Below are positions 39,199 through 49,013 of a DNA stretch of 64,000 nt, one piece after another (within the stretch, counting starts at the first letter, position 1; each line of letters begins with the position of its first letter). The notes under the pieces are model-generated. The model did no database searches. It had not been told where the DNA came from and saw nothing but the letters and a program-made list of their open reading frames with translations. Position numbers and translations under genes: made by a program. Source of the DNA: Candidatus Sericytochromatia bacterium (lineage in GTDB: Bacteria > Cyanobacteriota > Sericytochromatia > S15B-MN24 > VGJW01); NCBI GenBank assembly GCA_035286125.1, contig JAYKIS010000003.1, positions 6,264 to 70,263 on the forward strand, in the 5' to 3' direction.

Positions 39199-40460
39199 CA
39201 GATACGGACTCCGAAGAGGGTGGGGGACTTCATCGAGGGAGACTCGAGGACCTGGTGGAGCAAGGCGCGGGTGACGGTGATGGCTGTAAACAGGCTGCAG
39301 AGGACACCGACGGCCAACGTGAGCGCGAAGCCCCTGACGAGGCCCGTGCCCAGCGCGTACAGGATGAAGCAGGTCAGCAGCGTGGTCGAGTTCGAGTCGA
39401 AGATCGCCGTGAAAGCGCGGCGGAAGCCGATTTCAATCGCCGAGTAGAGGCTGCGGCCGGCGCGCAACTCTTCCTTGGTTCGCTCGAAGATGAGCACGTT
39501 TGCATCGACGGCCATGCCGACGGACAGGATGAAGCCGGCAATGCCCGGCACCGTGAGCGTGATGGGAATCAGCTTGAAGATGGCCAGGACCAGAACCGCA
39601 TAGACGGCAAGCGCGAGGTCGGCGACCAGGCCCGGCAGGCGGTAGTAGGCGAGCATGAACAGGACGACGAGCACGAAACCGGCGATGCCGGCCCGGACGG
39701 CGCTGCGGACGACATCTGTTCCCAGCGAGGCGCCGACGACCCGGTTCTCGATCTCGACCAGGGGCACGGGCAAGGCACCAGCCTTGAGCTGACTGGCCAA
39801 CAACTGGGCTTCCCGGGCTGTGAACGACCCCGTGATGATCGCCTCGCCCTGAAGAATGGGTTCGTTGACCCGCGGGGCGGAGACAACCTTGTCGTCAAGC
39901 TTGATGGCGATGGTCTGCCCCACGAATCGGCTTGTCAGGTCCCCGAAGAGCTTGCCACCCTCGGCATTGAAGCGCAGCGAAACGTGCCAGCCCTTGCCGG
40001 TCCCCGCCCCGTCAGGTTGAGCGCTTGCGTCGACGAGCATCTTGCCTGTGAGCGGAGTATCGGCGTAGGCCGAAGCCGTAGCGTTCCGCATCGGGGAGGT
40101 GGTGACGGGCTCCTGGAAGACCAGCTGCGCCGTCTTGCCCAGATAGTTCCGGGCTTCCTCAGGATTGCGCAGGCCGGGCAGGTCGATGACGACCTGACGA
40201 TCGCCCTTGCGCTGGATCGAGGGCTCCGTGACGCCGTACTGGTCGACGCGATTGCGGATGACCTGAATGACCGACGCCATGACCTTGTCGTCGACCTTGA
40301 CCGTGGAGGTGTCCTTGGCCTCGAGGACCAGATGCATGCCGCCCTGAATGTCGAGACCCAGGCGGAACGGGAACTGCTTGCCGTCCTGGACGACCCACAT
40401 GGACCCCATGGTCAGCAGGACCACGAGAAGCAGCATCACCTGGCGCGGCGTTATTTTCAC
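39198..40460 (-). CDS. secD: Protein translocase subunit SecD
   Basis: SecD family with large periplasmic domain plus 6 TM helices. Confidence 0.9.
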   Translation of the reverse strand: MKITPRQVMLLLVVLLTMGSMWVVQDGKQFPFRLGLDIQGGMHLVLEAKDTSTVKVDDKVMASVIQVIRNRVDQYGVTEPSIQRKGDRQVVIDLPGLRNPEEARNYLGKTAQLVFQEPVTTSPMRNATASAYADTPLTGKMLVDASAQPDGAGTGKGWHVSLRFNAEGGKLFGDLTSRFVGQTIAIKLDDKVVSAPRVNEPILQGEAIITGSFTAREAQLLASQLKAGALPVPLVEIENRVVGASLGTDVVRSAVRAGIAGFVLVVLFMLAYYRLPGLVADLALAVYAVLVLAIFKLIPITLTVPGIAGFILSVGMAVDANVLIFERTKEELRAGRSLYSAIEIGFRRAFTAIFDSNSTTLLTCFILYALGTGLVRGFALTLAVGVLCSLFTAITVTRALLHQVLESPSMKSPTLFGVRI

Positions 40461-40543
40461 GAAGCATCACCGGGAAAGGAAGGACAAGGCCGTTCAGTCT
40501 AGGCCGGTGGCAAGGGAGGGTCAAGAGACCGTAGCATGCAGGA

Positions 40544-41146
40544 GTGTCACGATTGCTGCTTGTCCTGCTCGGACTCACCCTGACCGTCCTCGGCCTGTTC
40601 GTCGAGGTGCCGTGCCCTTTCCTGGCACCTGCCGGCACCCTGCCCTTCGGGGGAAGAGTCCTGTTCGAGGCCGCGGGTTGGACCGTCGGCACCGCTCCGT
40701 GGACGTTGCAAGGACTCGGGCCGTGGGTTGCGGGCCTGACCCTGCCCCCGGCGCAGGCAAGCGTCGCTCTGGCCCTGTGGCTGACCGCCTGCCTCCTCGG
40801 GGCTCCCTGGGCAGAGTCGTCCCGCGGCCTCGCGATGGTCACGGGACCGGCCTTCGGCTTCCAGTTCGGCTTGGTGGTCCAGGCCATGGTCATCGCCCTG
40901 AGCGTACGGGGAGGAACGTTCCGGCATCGCTTCATGGGCCTGTTGCTGGGCCAGGCTGCCAGTTGGTCCTGCGGTGCCGCCTGGCTGGCCCTGCGTGACG
41001 TGGACCCCTGGCCCCTGGTTGCAGGCCAGGCTTCGGGGCTGCCCGGCCTGCTGGTTGCCTGGGCCGCGCTGGCCAGCCTGCCCACCGCACTGGGGCGCCG
41101 CAAGGAGGCGCCCAAGGCCCCGGCGTCGCCTCACGTGATCCGCTGA
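40544..41146 (+). CDS. Hypothetical membrane protein
   Basis: GTG start. Several hydrophobic helices. No recognisable domain. 3' end overlaps ispE convergently by 16 nt. Confidence 0.35.
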   Translation: MSRLLLVLLGLTLTVLGLFVEVPCPFLAPAGTLPFGGRVLFEAAGWTVGTAPWTLQGLGPWVAGLTLPPAQASVALALWLTACLLGAPWAESSRGLAMVTGPAFGFQFGLVVQAMVIALSVRGGTFRHRFMGLLLGQAASWSCGAAWLALRDVDPWPLVAGQASGLPGLLVAWAALASLPTALGRRKEAPKAPASPHVIR

Positions 41147-42021
41147 AGCGGCTCCGCCACCGTCCGGAACGGAAAAACCCAGCCGGAGAAGCCCGACGAG
41201 GCCCGCGCGACCCCCTTGGCGTGTTGGGCATCCCTGGCCCAGCCCACCCAGCATGCCCCGCTTCCCGCAAGCAGGACGGACTCGGCGCCCGCCGCGAGCA
41301 AGGCATCCGGGGTGGTCGCCAAAGCCGGCAAGGCCCGCCGCACCGGAATCTCGAAATCATTGGCCATGGCGGACAGGATGCCCGGCCTGTCTCTGCGCAG
41401 CCATGCGTCCCTCAAGGGAGCGAGATCACACGGAAGCCGAGCTGGCACCGCATCGAGCCAACGGTAGGCGTCGCGCGTGGGCACCCGCTCCGGGCCGCAG
41501 GCCAGGACGCCGTACAGTTCCGGTCCCTGCGGCAAGGGCTCCAGCAGTTCCCCGCGGCCCGTTGCCCATGCCGGCCCTGTCCCCAGGAAGAATGCCACAT
41601 CCGAACCCAGGCCGCGCGCAAGAGCCTCCGCCTGCTCATCAGAGATAGCCCCGCCCAGGACGAGGACCTTCAGGACAGCCGCCGCATCGGCAGAGCCGGC
41701 TCCGAGGCCGCCCCCCGCCGGCAGTTGCTTCACGAGGTGGAACGCGTACCCTCCGGGAGATCCCGCCAGCCGCCACGCCCTGTGGGCCAGGTTCTGTTCG
41801 ACAGGCCCGAGATCCGTGGCGGGGGCATCCTCCGCCCATGAGACCTCCCACGATGTGGGCCCCGGACGCCGCGCGACGTGCAACACATCGCAGGCATCGA
41901 TGGCAACCAGCAAGGTGTTGACGGGATGATAACCGTCGGTCCCCGGAGGGCCCACCGAAAGTCCCAGGTTCAGCTTGGCACGGACCCGCCAGCTGCCCAC
42001 GGGATCAGTCCGGCAAGGCAT
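41131..42021 (-). CDS. ispE: 4-diphosphocytidyl-2-C-methyl-D-erythritol kinase
   Basis: AKLNLGLSV...DGYH motif and GHMP kinase PxGxGLGxGSA motif. Start is ATG 42021 inside the ksgA 3' end, or GTG 42000. Confidence 0.85.
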   Translation of the reverse strand: MPCRTDPVGSWRVRAKLNLGLSVGPPGTDGYHPVNTLLVAIDACDVLHVARRPGPTSWEVSWAEDAPATDLGPVEQNLAHRAWRLAGSPGGYAFHLVKQLPAGGGLGAGSADAAAVLKVLVLGGAISDEQAEALARGLGSDVAFFLGTGPAWATGRGELLEPLPQGPELYGVLACGPERVPTRDAYRWLDAVPARLPCDLAPLRDAWLRRDRPGILSAMANDFEIPVRRALPALATTPDALLAAGAESVLLAGSGACWVGWARDAQHAKGVARASSGFSGWVFPFRTVAEPLQRIT

Positions 42022-42829
42022 CGGCGAGTCGCACCAGGCCGGCCAAATCGAGCGTCTCCCCGCGAACGAGCGGATCCAGACCCGCACACGCCTCGGCCAG
42101 GACTTCGGAGGACCAACCGGCAGATTTGAGTGCGTTACGCAGGGTCTTGCGCCGCTGGGCAAAGATGGCCCTGACCACGCGCCGGAAACGTAACGGGCTG
42201 GCGGGCGGTACCGCCCACTGCGCACGGACATCGATGCAGACAACGGCGGAGTCCACGCCGGGTACCGGCTTGAAAGCCCTGCGCGGAACCTTGCAGACCA
42301 GGCGCACCTCGGCACGTTGCCGGACCGCGACAGACAAGGCACCCCACTGGCGCGACCCCGGCTCGGCAAGCAGGCGATCGGCCACCTCCTCCTGGACCAT
42401 CAGCACCAGTCGGCGGAACGGCGTGCCGGTGTCCCCGGCGTCATCCGCACCCAGGGCACGCAGGATCAGCGGCGATGTCAGGTAGTAGGGGATATTGGCA
42501 ACCAGCATCGACCCTTCGGGCAAGCCGAGTGCAGGCCACGACGTGTCCATGACGTCCGCCCACACCACCTCGAGGTTCGGATGATTGGCCTCGAGCACCC
42601 GCAGGCCCGTCCGTAACCGCTCGTCGAGCTCCACGGCGACGACGCGTGCCCCTGTCGCCAGCAGGCGCTCCGTAAGGGCACCCTTGCCCGGCCCGACCTC
42701 GAGCACCGTATCCCCATCGCCCGCCCCTGCGGCCTCGATGATACGGTCGAGGACCGAAGCATCCGTCAGGAAATTCTGCCCCAGGCTGCGCTTGGCCCGG
42801 AAGGCCGGGACCGGCGGACGCTCCCTCAT
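42005..42829 (-). CDS. rsmA: 16S rRNA (adenine1518/1519-N6)-dimethyltransferase RsmA/KsgA
   Basis: LGQNFL and EVGPGKGALT motifs. Start at internal ATG 42829 (MRERPPV...). Confidence 0.9.
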   Translation of the reverse strand: MRERPPVPAFRAKRSLGQNFLTDASVLDRIIEAAGAGDGDTVLEVGPGKGALTERLLATGARVVAVELDERLRTGLRVLEANHPNLEVVWADVMDTSWPALGLPEGSMLVANIPYYLTSPLILRALGADDAGDTGTPFRRLVLMVQEEVADRLLAEPGSRQWGALSVAVRQRAEVRLVCKVPRRAFKPVPGVDSAVVCIDVRAQWAVPPASPLRFRRVVRAIFAQRRKTLRNALKSAGWSSEVLAEACAGLDPLVRGETLDLAGLVRLADALPD

Positions 42830-43449
42830 GGCTGCACCGTGCCGATGCGAGGTTCCTGCCCCAGGCGCAAACGCTTCATGTTGTCCCTGTGCCGGAAGAT
42901 GATCCAGGGACCAGCGAGACCGCCAAAGACCACGACGGGCAAGGGAACGGGCCACGGTCCCACGCCGAGGTTCCCGAGCCACAAGGCCAGAGGCATCGCC
43001 GCCGCCGCCCCGATACTGGCCACGGAAACGGTGCGCGTCGCGGCAAGAAGCGCAATCCAGATGAGCAGCACGACAGCTGCGCCAGCAGGCGAGAAGGTGA
43101 GTAGCGCACCCGCCGTCGTCGACACGCCCTTGCCACCGGCACCCCGAAGCCACGGTGAATGACCGTGGCCCACGAGGGCGAGCAGCGCCGCAGCGACCGC
43201 GACGGGCAAGGATGCCCCCAGGGACTCGGCAAGCAGGATGGCCAGTGCACCCTTGCCGGCATCAAGCAACACGCAGCACGCCCCGATGAGCTTGCCCGCG
43301 GTCCGTGCGGCATTGGTGGCACCGACGTTGCGACTGCCCAGGGAGCGGACGTCCCGGCCCGTGAACCATCGCGGCAGCAGATAGGAGAAGGGAACGGTCC
43401 CGAGAAGCCAGGCCAAGGGCAGGACAAGCCACCAACCGACCGGGTTCAA
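42826..43449 (-). CDS. plsY: Glycerol-3-phosphate acyltransferase PlsY
   Basis: SRNVGATNAAR signature, 5 TM helices. Confidence 0.9.
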   Translation of the reverse strand: MNPVGWWLVLPLAWLLGTVPFSYLLPRWFTGRDVRSLGSRNVGATNAARTAGKLIGACCVLLDAGKGALAILLAESLGASLPVAVAAALLALVGHGHSPWLRGAGGKGVSTTAGALLTFSPAGAAVVLLIWIALLAATRTVSVASIGAAAAMPLALWLGNLGVGPWPVPLPVVVFGGLAGPWIIFRHRDNMKRLRLGQEPRIGTVQP

Positions 43450-44771
43450 CGTTCGCGGCGCTCCCGACGCGGCCGGTAGATGAACCGTATGGGCACGCCG
43501 ACGAAGCCGAAAGCATCCCGCATCCGATGCTCCAGATACCGCGTGTAGGAGGGCACGGAAAGTTCGGGTTCGTTGCAGAACAGGATGAAGGTCGGTGGAT
43601 GGGTCGGCCCCTGCTGCGCGTAGTAGATCTTCAGGCGCCGGCCATGTCGGGTCGGAGCGGGTTGCATGGCCGTTGCCTCGGACATGACCTCGTTCAGGAC
43701 TCCGGTCGTGATGCGACGGCCGTTCTCGTCAGCGACCTTGATGGCGGTGTCCAGCACCTGCAACGCGCGCTGGCCCGTCAGGGCAGAGATGAAGACGACA
43801 GGCGCGAAGTCCGCGTGCGGAAGGGCCGCCAGCACGTCGCGGCGAAAGGGCTCCATGGTGTGCTGGTCCTTGGGTACGAGATCCCATTTGTTGATGACGA
43901 GCACCAGGCCCTTGCCGCCTTCGACCGCCATCTCGGCCAGCCGCTTGTCCTGATCCGTGACACCCATCGTGCCGTCCATGACAAGCACCACGACATCGGC
44001 ACGCTCGAGGGCCTTGAGCGCGCGGACGACGGAGAACTGTTCCACACCATAGTCGACCTTGGACTTCCGTCGGATACCCGCCGTATCGACCAACCAGAAT
44101 CGCCGCCCCTCGTGTTCGATGGCCGTGTCGATGGCGTCTCGCGTCGTCCCGGAGACGGGGGATACGATCATCCGGTCCTCGCCGATCAGGCGATTGACGA
44201 GTGAGCTCTTGCCCGCATTGGGACGTCCGACGACCGCAATGCGGATGGAGTCGTCTTCCTCGTGGGCATCGACCACCGGCAAGCCGACGAGCATCGCATC
44301 CAGCATGTCGCCCGTACCCGTTCCGTGCACCCCTGATACGGGCCAGGGCTGCCCAAGCCCGAGGGCATGGAAGTCGAGGACCTGTTCGAAGTCCTCGTAC
44401 CTGTCGCACTTGTTGACGACCACAAGGACGGGCTTGCGGGACTTGCGCAGCAGATGGGCAATCTCGTCATCAGCGGGCAAACGACCTGCCTTGCCGTCCA
44501 CGACGAACAGGACGAGGTCGGCCTCGGCAATGGCAAGGCGGGCCTGATCGGCGACCTGCGCCAGCATATCGTCATCGGTACCCGGGACGATGCCTCCGGT
44601 GTCGACGGCCAGGAACTGGCGACCACACCATTCGACGCGGGCATAGAGGCGGTCTCGGGTCACCCCCTCCTCACCGTGGACGATGGCCTCGCGTGACCCG
44701 ACGAAGCGGTTCAGCAGCGTGGATTTGCCGACATTGGGACGACCGACGATGGCCACGATGGGCAGGTTCAA
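43446..44771 (-). CDS. der: Ribosome-biogenesis GTPase Der (EngA), tandem GTPase domains plus KH-like domain
   Basis: Two G-domains (GRPNVGKS, GRPNAGKSS). Confidence 0.95.
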   Translation of the reverse strand: MNLPIVAIVGRPNVGKSTLLNRFVGSREAIVHGEEGVTRDRLYARVEWCGRQFLAVDTGGIVPGTDDDMLAQVADQARLAIAEADLVLFVVDGKAGRLPADDEIAHLLRKSRKPVLVVVNKCDRYEDFEQVLDFHALGLGQPWPVSGVHGTGTGDMLDAMLVGLPVVDAHEEDDSIRIAVVGRPNAGKSSLVNRLIGEDRMIVSPVSGTTRDAIDTAIEHEGRRFWLVDTAGIRRKSKVDYGVEQFSVVRALKALERADVVVLVMDGTMGVTDQDKRLAEMAVEGGKGLVLVINKWDLVPKDQHTMEPFRRDVLAALPHADFAPVVFISALTGQRALQVLDTAIKVADENGRRITTGVLNEVMSEATAMQPAPTRHGRRLKIYYAQQGPTHPPTFILFCNEPELSVPSYTRYLEHRMRDAFGFVGVPIRFIYRPRRERRER

Positions 44772-45559
44772 GACAACACCTCGAATGGTTCCGGCTCGCG
44801 AAAGCCCTGGACGGCTACGGTCCGCGGCAACCGCTCCCGAAGATAACCGACGACCACGTCCACGACGGGCTCCTCAGAGGCCTGATGACCGACCTCGAGC
44901 ACACAGACCCCGTGAGCAGCCGCATCCAGGGCATCGTGGTAACGAATCTCGCCGGTGATGTAGAGGTCGAGGCCAAGCGCGGCGACGCGCGGCCAGAAGT
45001 CCCCACCCGAACCCGAGCAGACAGCCACCGTGGCCACCTCACGGTCGTGACCGCGCACCAGCCGCAGCGAGCGCGCCTGCAGGGTGCGCCCCACTTCGCG
45101 ACACAACGCATCGAGGGCACGGGGTGCCGCAAGGTGCCCCCAGAGGCCCAGGCCCCACGGCAGGCCGTCCTCGTCGCGCCCCTCGGGCACGAGAATCTGG
45201 TCCAGCTCCCAGCCCATCAGATCGGAAAGGCGCCTGTTGCAAGCCGTGACATCCAGGTTGGTGTGTGCGGCGTAGAGCATCAGATCCCCGGCGAGGGCTT
45301 CGGCGAGGATTCGCCCGGATTCGCGATCCGTCCGGACCTCGGCGAGGGGCTTGAAAATCAGCGGATGATGGGTCACGAGCACGTTCGCACCCATGGCCCT
45401 CGCCGCACGGACGGCGGCCAGCGAAGGATTGACGCTGACACAGACACCCGTAATGGCACCTGTGTCCCGCCCCACCTGCAGGCCGATACGGTCCCAGGAC
45501 GCGGCCCGGGTCGGCGGAGCCAATACCTCGAGCCAGCGGACAAGCTCCGAGCGCTCCAT
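44768..45559 (-). CDS. Nif3-like dinuclear metal-centre protein (YqfO/YbgI family)
   Basis: Family resemblance across the full length (NVLVTHHPLIF, HTNLD). Confidence 0.8.
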   Translation of the reverse strand: MERSELVRWLEVLAPPTRAASWDRIGLQVGRDTGAITGVCVSVNPSLAAVRAARAMGANVLVTHHPLIFKPLAEVRTDRESGRILAEALAGDLMLYAAHTNLDVTACNRRLSDLMGWELDQILVPEGRDEDGLPWGLGLWGHLAAPRALDALCREVGRTLQARSLRLVRGHDREVATVAVCSGSGGDFWPRVAALGLDLYITGEIRYHDALDAAAHGVCVLEVGHQASEEPVVDVVVGYLRERLPRTVAVQGFREPEPFEVLS

Positions 45560-45601
45560 GAACTCATGCTAGCACGGAGGCCCCGAAGCAGCCTGAGCGG
45601 C

Positions 45602-45607
45602 TATAAT
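45602..45607 (+). promoter_or_regulatory. Perfect TATAAT -10 box in the 46-bp divergent nif3/lysA intergenic region (near-leaderless lysA)
   Basis: TATAAT lies 13 nt upstream of ATG 45621. A TAGCAT hexamer sits about 7 nt upstream of the nif3 ATG on the other strand. Confidence 0.35.
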
Positions 45608-46964
45608 GGAACAGACCTCCATGCCCGTCGATGCCCCCCCGACCCGCTCCATGCCCGCCACGTTCCGGCCAGCCTCGGCCACGTCTGGCGCAGCGGGCTG
45701 GCAAGTAGGCGGAAACCCTCTGGCCGAGCTGGCCGAGGACCTCGGCACCCCCGTCTGGGTGGTCGACACCGGCGAAATCCGGTCACGTCTCCAACGCCTC
45801 GTTGCGGCGTGCAGTGCCCACTGGCCCTCCGGTTCGCGGATTCTCTTCGCAAGCAAGGCGCATGGCCATCCGGCCATCGCCCGGCTGATGGCCGACGGAG
45901 GAGCCGACCTCGAGACGGTATCCATCGGCGAGGTCGAGGCGGCCGTGGCGGCTGGGGTAGCGGGGGCTCGCATCGTCCTGCAGGGCCACGGACGGACACC
46001 CGACGATCACGTCCGGGCTCTTGCCCATGGCTTGCGGAGCTTCCACGTCGATGCTTGCGACGAGATTGCCCCGCTGGCCGAGGCAGCCGCTCGCGCCGAT
46101 GTCACGATCGATGTGCTGGTGCGCGTCCTGCCGGGTATTGCTGCAGACACCCACCCTGCCCTCGCGACAGGCGTCGCAGGCAGCAAGTTCGGCCTGCCCG
46201 AGGGCCAGGAGCTGGATCGCGCGATCTCGGACATCCGCCGTGCCGGCCATCTGCGGCTGGTCGGCCTGCAGTTCCACACGGGTTCCCAGATCCACGACTC
46301 CGAAACATTCAGGGCGACCGGGGCCGTGGCCGGGAGAATCGCCGCGGACCTGTACCGCCGCTTGGGCTGGATGCCCGCCGTGCTGGACCTCGGAGGCGGT
46401 CTGGCCGTGCCCTACGGCCCGGACGATGCCGAGCCCGGGCCGGAAGCCTGGATTGCGGCGTTGGCCGAAGGCTTCGCCGAAGGTTGGCCCGACGCTCCGT
46501 CCCCCTGGCCCCAGCTGGTCGTGGAACCGGGCCGCTGGCTGGTCGCTACGGCCGGGTGCACGGTCTACACCGTCCTCTCCGTCAAGCCTGCCAATGGCTG
46601 CGTCGTTGTCGATGGGGGCCTCGCGGACAACCCCCGGGTCGCCTTGTACGAAGCGAGCTACGTCCACGAAGGCCTGCTGCCCGGGCAATCGGAGGGCGGA
46701 CGGACGTGGCGGCTCGTCGGCAGGACCTGCGAGGAGGGCGACGAGTTGGGTACCGTGATGCTTCGGGACCCCCGCCCCGGTGATCGCATCGTCGGCTGGG
46801 TCGCAGGAGCCTACCACTACGCCATGGCCTCCCGCTACAACCGCCTGCCCCGACCTGCGCTCGTCCTGGTCGAGGATGGCCGTCGCGCGGTGGCCAGCCG
46901 CCGTGAGCATCCTGCCGACCTGCTGGCTGCGGAATTCCCCTCGCCCGAGTGGTCCCTGCGATGA
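45606..46964 (+). CDS. lysA: Diaminopimelate decarboxylase
   Basis: PLP-dependent Orn/DAP/Arg decarboxylase fold: FASKAHGH PLP-lysine region, LDLGGGL, VVEPGRWL. True start is probably ATG 45621. Confidence 0.85.
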   Translation: MEQTSMPVDAPPTRSMPATFRPASATSGAAGWQVGGNPLAELAEDLGTPVWVVDTGEIRSRLQRLVAACSAHWPSGSRILFASKAHGHPAIARLMADGGADLETVSIGEVEAAVAAGVAGARIVLQGHGRTPDDHVRALAHGLRSFHVDACDEIAPLAEAAARADVTIDVLVRVLPGIAADTHPALATGVAGSKFGLPEGQELDRAISDIRRAGHLRLVGLQFHTGSQIHDSETFRATGAVAGRIAADLYRRLGWMPAVLDLGGGLAVPYGPDDAEPGPEAWIAALAEGFAEGWPDAPSPWPQLVVEPGRWLVATAGCTVYTVLSVKPANGCVVVDGGLADNPRVALYEASYVHEGLLPGQSEGGRTWRLVGRTCEEGDELGTVMLRDPRPGDRIVGWVAGAYHYAMASRYNRLPRPALVLVEDGRRAVASRREHPADLLAAEFPSPEWSLR

Positions 46965-47815
46965 GCACGTCCGCCATTCTCGACGCCCTGGTGCGGCTGC
47001 TTTCGGTCCTGCGCTGGCAGGACCTGCTCGACATCACCATCGTGTCCCTGGTGTTCTATCGGCTGTTTCTGCTGATCCGCGGCACCCGCGCCGTCCAGTT
47101 GCTGCGCGGCCTGTTGCTGCTGCTGACGGCCTATCTTGTCGCCAATGCCCTGCAACTGCACACCATCACGTGGCTGGTCCAGAGCACGGCCACGATGCTG
47201 ATCGTGGCGGTCCCTCTGGTCTTCCAGCCGGAGTTGCGACGGGCGCTCGCGATGCTGGGGCAGGGCGAGATATTCCGTCCCGAGCGATTCGCGGCGGCAC
47301 GCCCCGACGAAGAAGTCCAGCATCTCATTGGCGAACTTGTGGCAACAGCCCGTGTACTTACCAGCCGCAAGGTCGGTGCGCTGATCATCCTCGAACGCCA
47401 GACCGGACTCAAGGAGTTCGCCGAGACAGGCACCGCCATTGGCGCCAAGGTATCGGCCGAATTGCTAACCAGCCTGTTCCTTCCCGGGAGCCCGCTGCAC
47501 GATGGCGCGGTCCTGCTGCGTGGCGACCGTATCGTGGCCGCCGGTGCCCTGCTGCCGCTTTCCGAGACCATCCGGCGCTCGGCGCGACGTCCGATCGGCA
47601 CCCGCCACCGGGCTGCGCTGGGCCTCACGGAAACGACGGATGCCCTGGCCATCGTGGTCTCCGAGGAGACCGGGGCGTTGTCCCTTGCCGAGCAGGGCCA
47701 GTTGCACCGTTTCCTGACTGAAGACGAGTTGCGGGGGCGCCTCGAAGGTGCCCTGATGCTGTCGCGCCCCCCCGTGCCGAGTCCGCTCGGCCGACTCCTG
47801 CTGAGTCGCCGATGA
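46961..47815 (+). CDS. cdaA: Diadenylate cyclase CdaA (c-di-AMP synthase), membrane-anchored
   Basis: 3 N-terminal TM helices. DAC domain with GALIIL...DGA and RHRAALG motifs. Confidence 0.85.
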   Translation: MSTSAILDALVRLLSVLRWQDLLDITIVSLVFYRLFLLIRGTRAVQLLRGLLLLLTAYLVANALQLHTITWLVQSTATMLIVAVPLVFQPELRRALAMLGQGEIFRPERFAAARPDEEVQHLIGELVATARVLTSRKVGALIILERQTGLKEFAETGTAIGAKVSAELLTSLFLPGSPLHDGAVLLRGDRIVAAGALLPLSETIRRSARRPIGTRHRAALGLTETTDALAIVVSEETGALSLAEQGQLHRFLTEDELRGRLEGALMLSRPPVPSPLGRLLLSRR

Positions 47816-48285
47816 TCCGCCTCGGACGCCAGGAGGACGGGACCCGCGGCCTGCGGCTGCTGGCCTTCCTGATGGCGATCGCCATGTGGGGCTTCGTCGG
47901 CGTCAGCCAGGAGCGGTTCAAGGGCGAGGCCGAGCAGCGTCGCATCACCGTGCAGGTCACGCTGCGCAGCACGTCGGGCGAGGCCAGTCCGTCCGCACGC
48001 GTGGAACCCGCATGGGTCGATGTCCGGCTCCAGGGCCCTGCCGACCTCCTGAATGCGCTCGGGGACGCCCCCCCCACAGCCTCCGTGACGGTACCGGAGC
48101 GCTTCAGGGCCGGCGATCGCCTGCCTGTCCAGCTTGAGGTACCGGAGGGTGTCGTCAGCGAAGTCCTGCCCGACCGCGTGACTTGCTGGCCCGAACCGGG
48201 TGCAGGCGTCTCGCCGGCCCGCATCCCGGATCAGGGCCCGGGCCGAGTGGCACCAGGACAGCCCGTGACGGCCGACATCCCATGA
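47812..48285 (+). CDS. cdaR: CdaR/YbbR-like regulator of CdaA
   Basis: N-terminal TM helix plus beta-rich YbbR-like repeat. Position immediately 3' of cdaA with a 4-nt overlap. Confidence 0.5.
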   Translation: MIRLGRQEDGTRGLRLLAFLMAIAMWGFVGVSQERFKGEAEQRRITVQVTLRSTSGEASPSARVEPAWVDVRLQGPADLLNALGDAPPTASVTVPERFRAGDRLPVQLEVPEGVVSEVLPDRVTCWPEPGAGVSPARIPDQGPGRVAPGQPVTADIP

Positions 48286-49013
48286 GTGGCGTGTTTGATC
48301 GGCTCTCCAGAGAGCGCCTGCCGGGCCACGTCGCCATCATCATGGACGGCAACCGACGCTGGGCCAAGCAGCGATTGTTGCCCGCCACGGCTGGCCATGA
48401 GGCGGGACGACGGACGCTCAAGCGGATCGTCCAGGCGTGCCGGAACCTGGGCATTCCCTATCTCACGGTCTATGCCTTTTCGACCGAGAACTGGTCCCGC
48501 AGCCGCGAGGAAGTCGGCTTCCTCTGGGCCCTGTTCCGGGAGACGCTGCGGTCCGAAATTCGCGAACTCGACGCGGCTGGCGTCAGGATGACCTTTCCGG
48601 GGGAACGCGACGCGCTGCCCCATGACATCCGCACCCTCGTCGAGGAAGCCGAGGACCGCACCGCGAGGCACGGAGGCCTCACGCTCAACATCGCGCTCAA
48701 CTACGGTAGCCGGGCGGAAATCCTGCGTGCCGTCCGCCATCTGGCGACCGAGGTCTCGGAAGGCCGACTGGAACCCGGGGCGATCGATGAAGGCCGCGTG
48801 GCCTCAGCGCTCGACACGGCCGGACAACCGGACCCCGACTTGCTGATCCGCACAAGCGGTGAATCGCGCCTGTCCAACTTCCTGCTGTGGCAGTTGGCGT
48901 ACGCCGAGTTGCACATTACCCCCGTCCTGTGGCCAGACTTTGACGACGTGGCCCTCGCGCGCGCGCTCGAAGACTTCCAGGCCCGGGAGCGACGCTTCGG
49001 GGGTGGTGCGTGA
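48282..49013 (+). CDS. uppS: Undecaprenyl-diphosphate synthase
   Basis: HVAIIMDGNRRWA and FSTENW signature motifs. Confidence 0.9.
   Translation: MSGVFDRLSRERLPGHVAIIMDGNRRWAKQRLLPATAGHEAGRRTLKRIVQACRNLGIPYLTVYAFSTENWSRSREEVGFLWALFRETLRSEIRELDAAGVRMTFPGERDALPHDIRTLVEEAEDRTARHGGLTLNIALNYGSRAEILRAVRHLATEVSEGRLEPGAIDEGRVASALDTAGQPDPDLLIRTSGESRLSNFLLWQLAYAELHITPVLWPDFDDVALARALEDFQARERRFGGGA

Noticed and set aside
42022-42369. N-terminal 116 aa of ORF 41131..42369 (-)
   Set aside because: Alternate frame of the ksgA 3' region. IspE homology begins at the ATG/GTG around 42000-42021.
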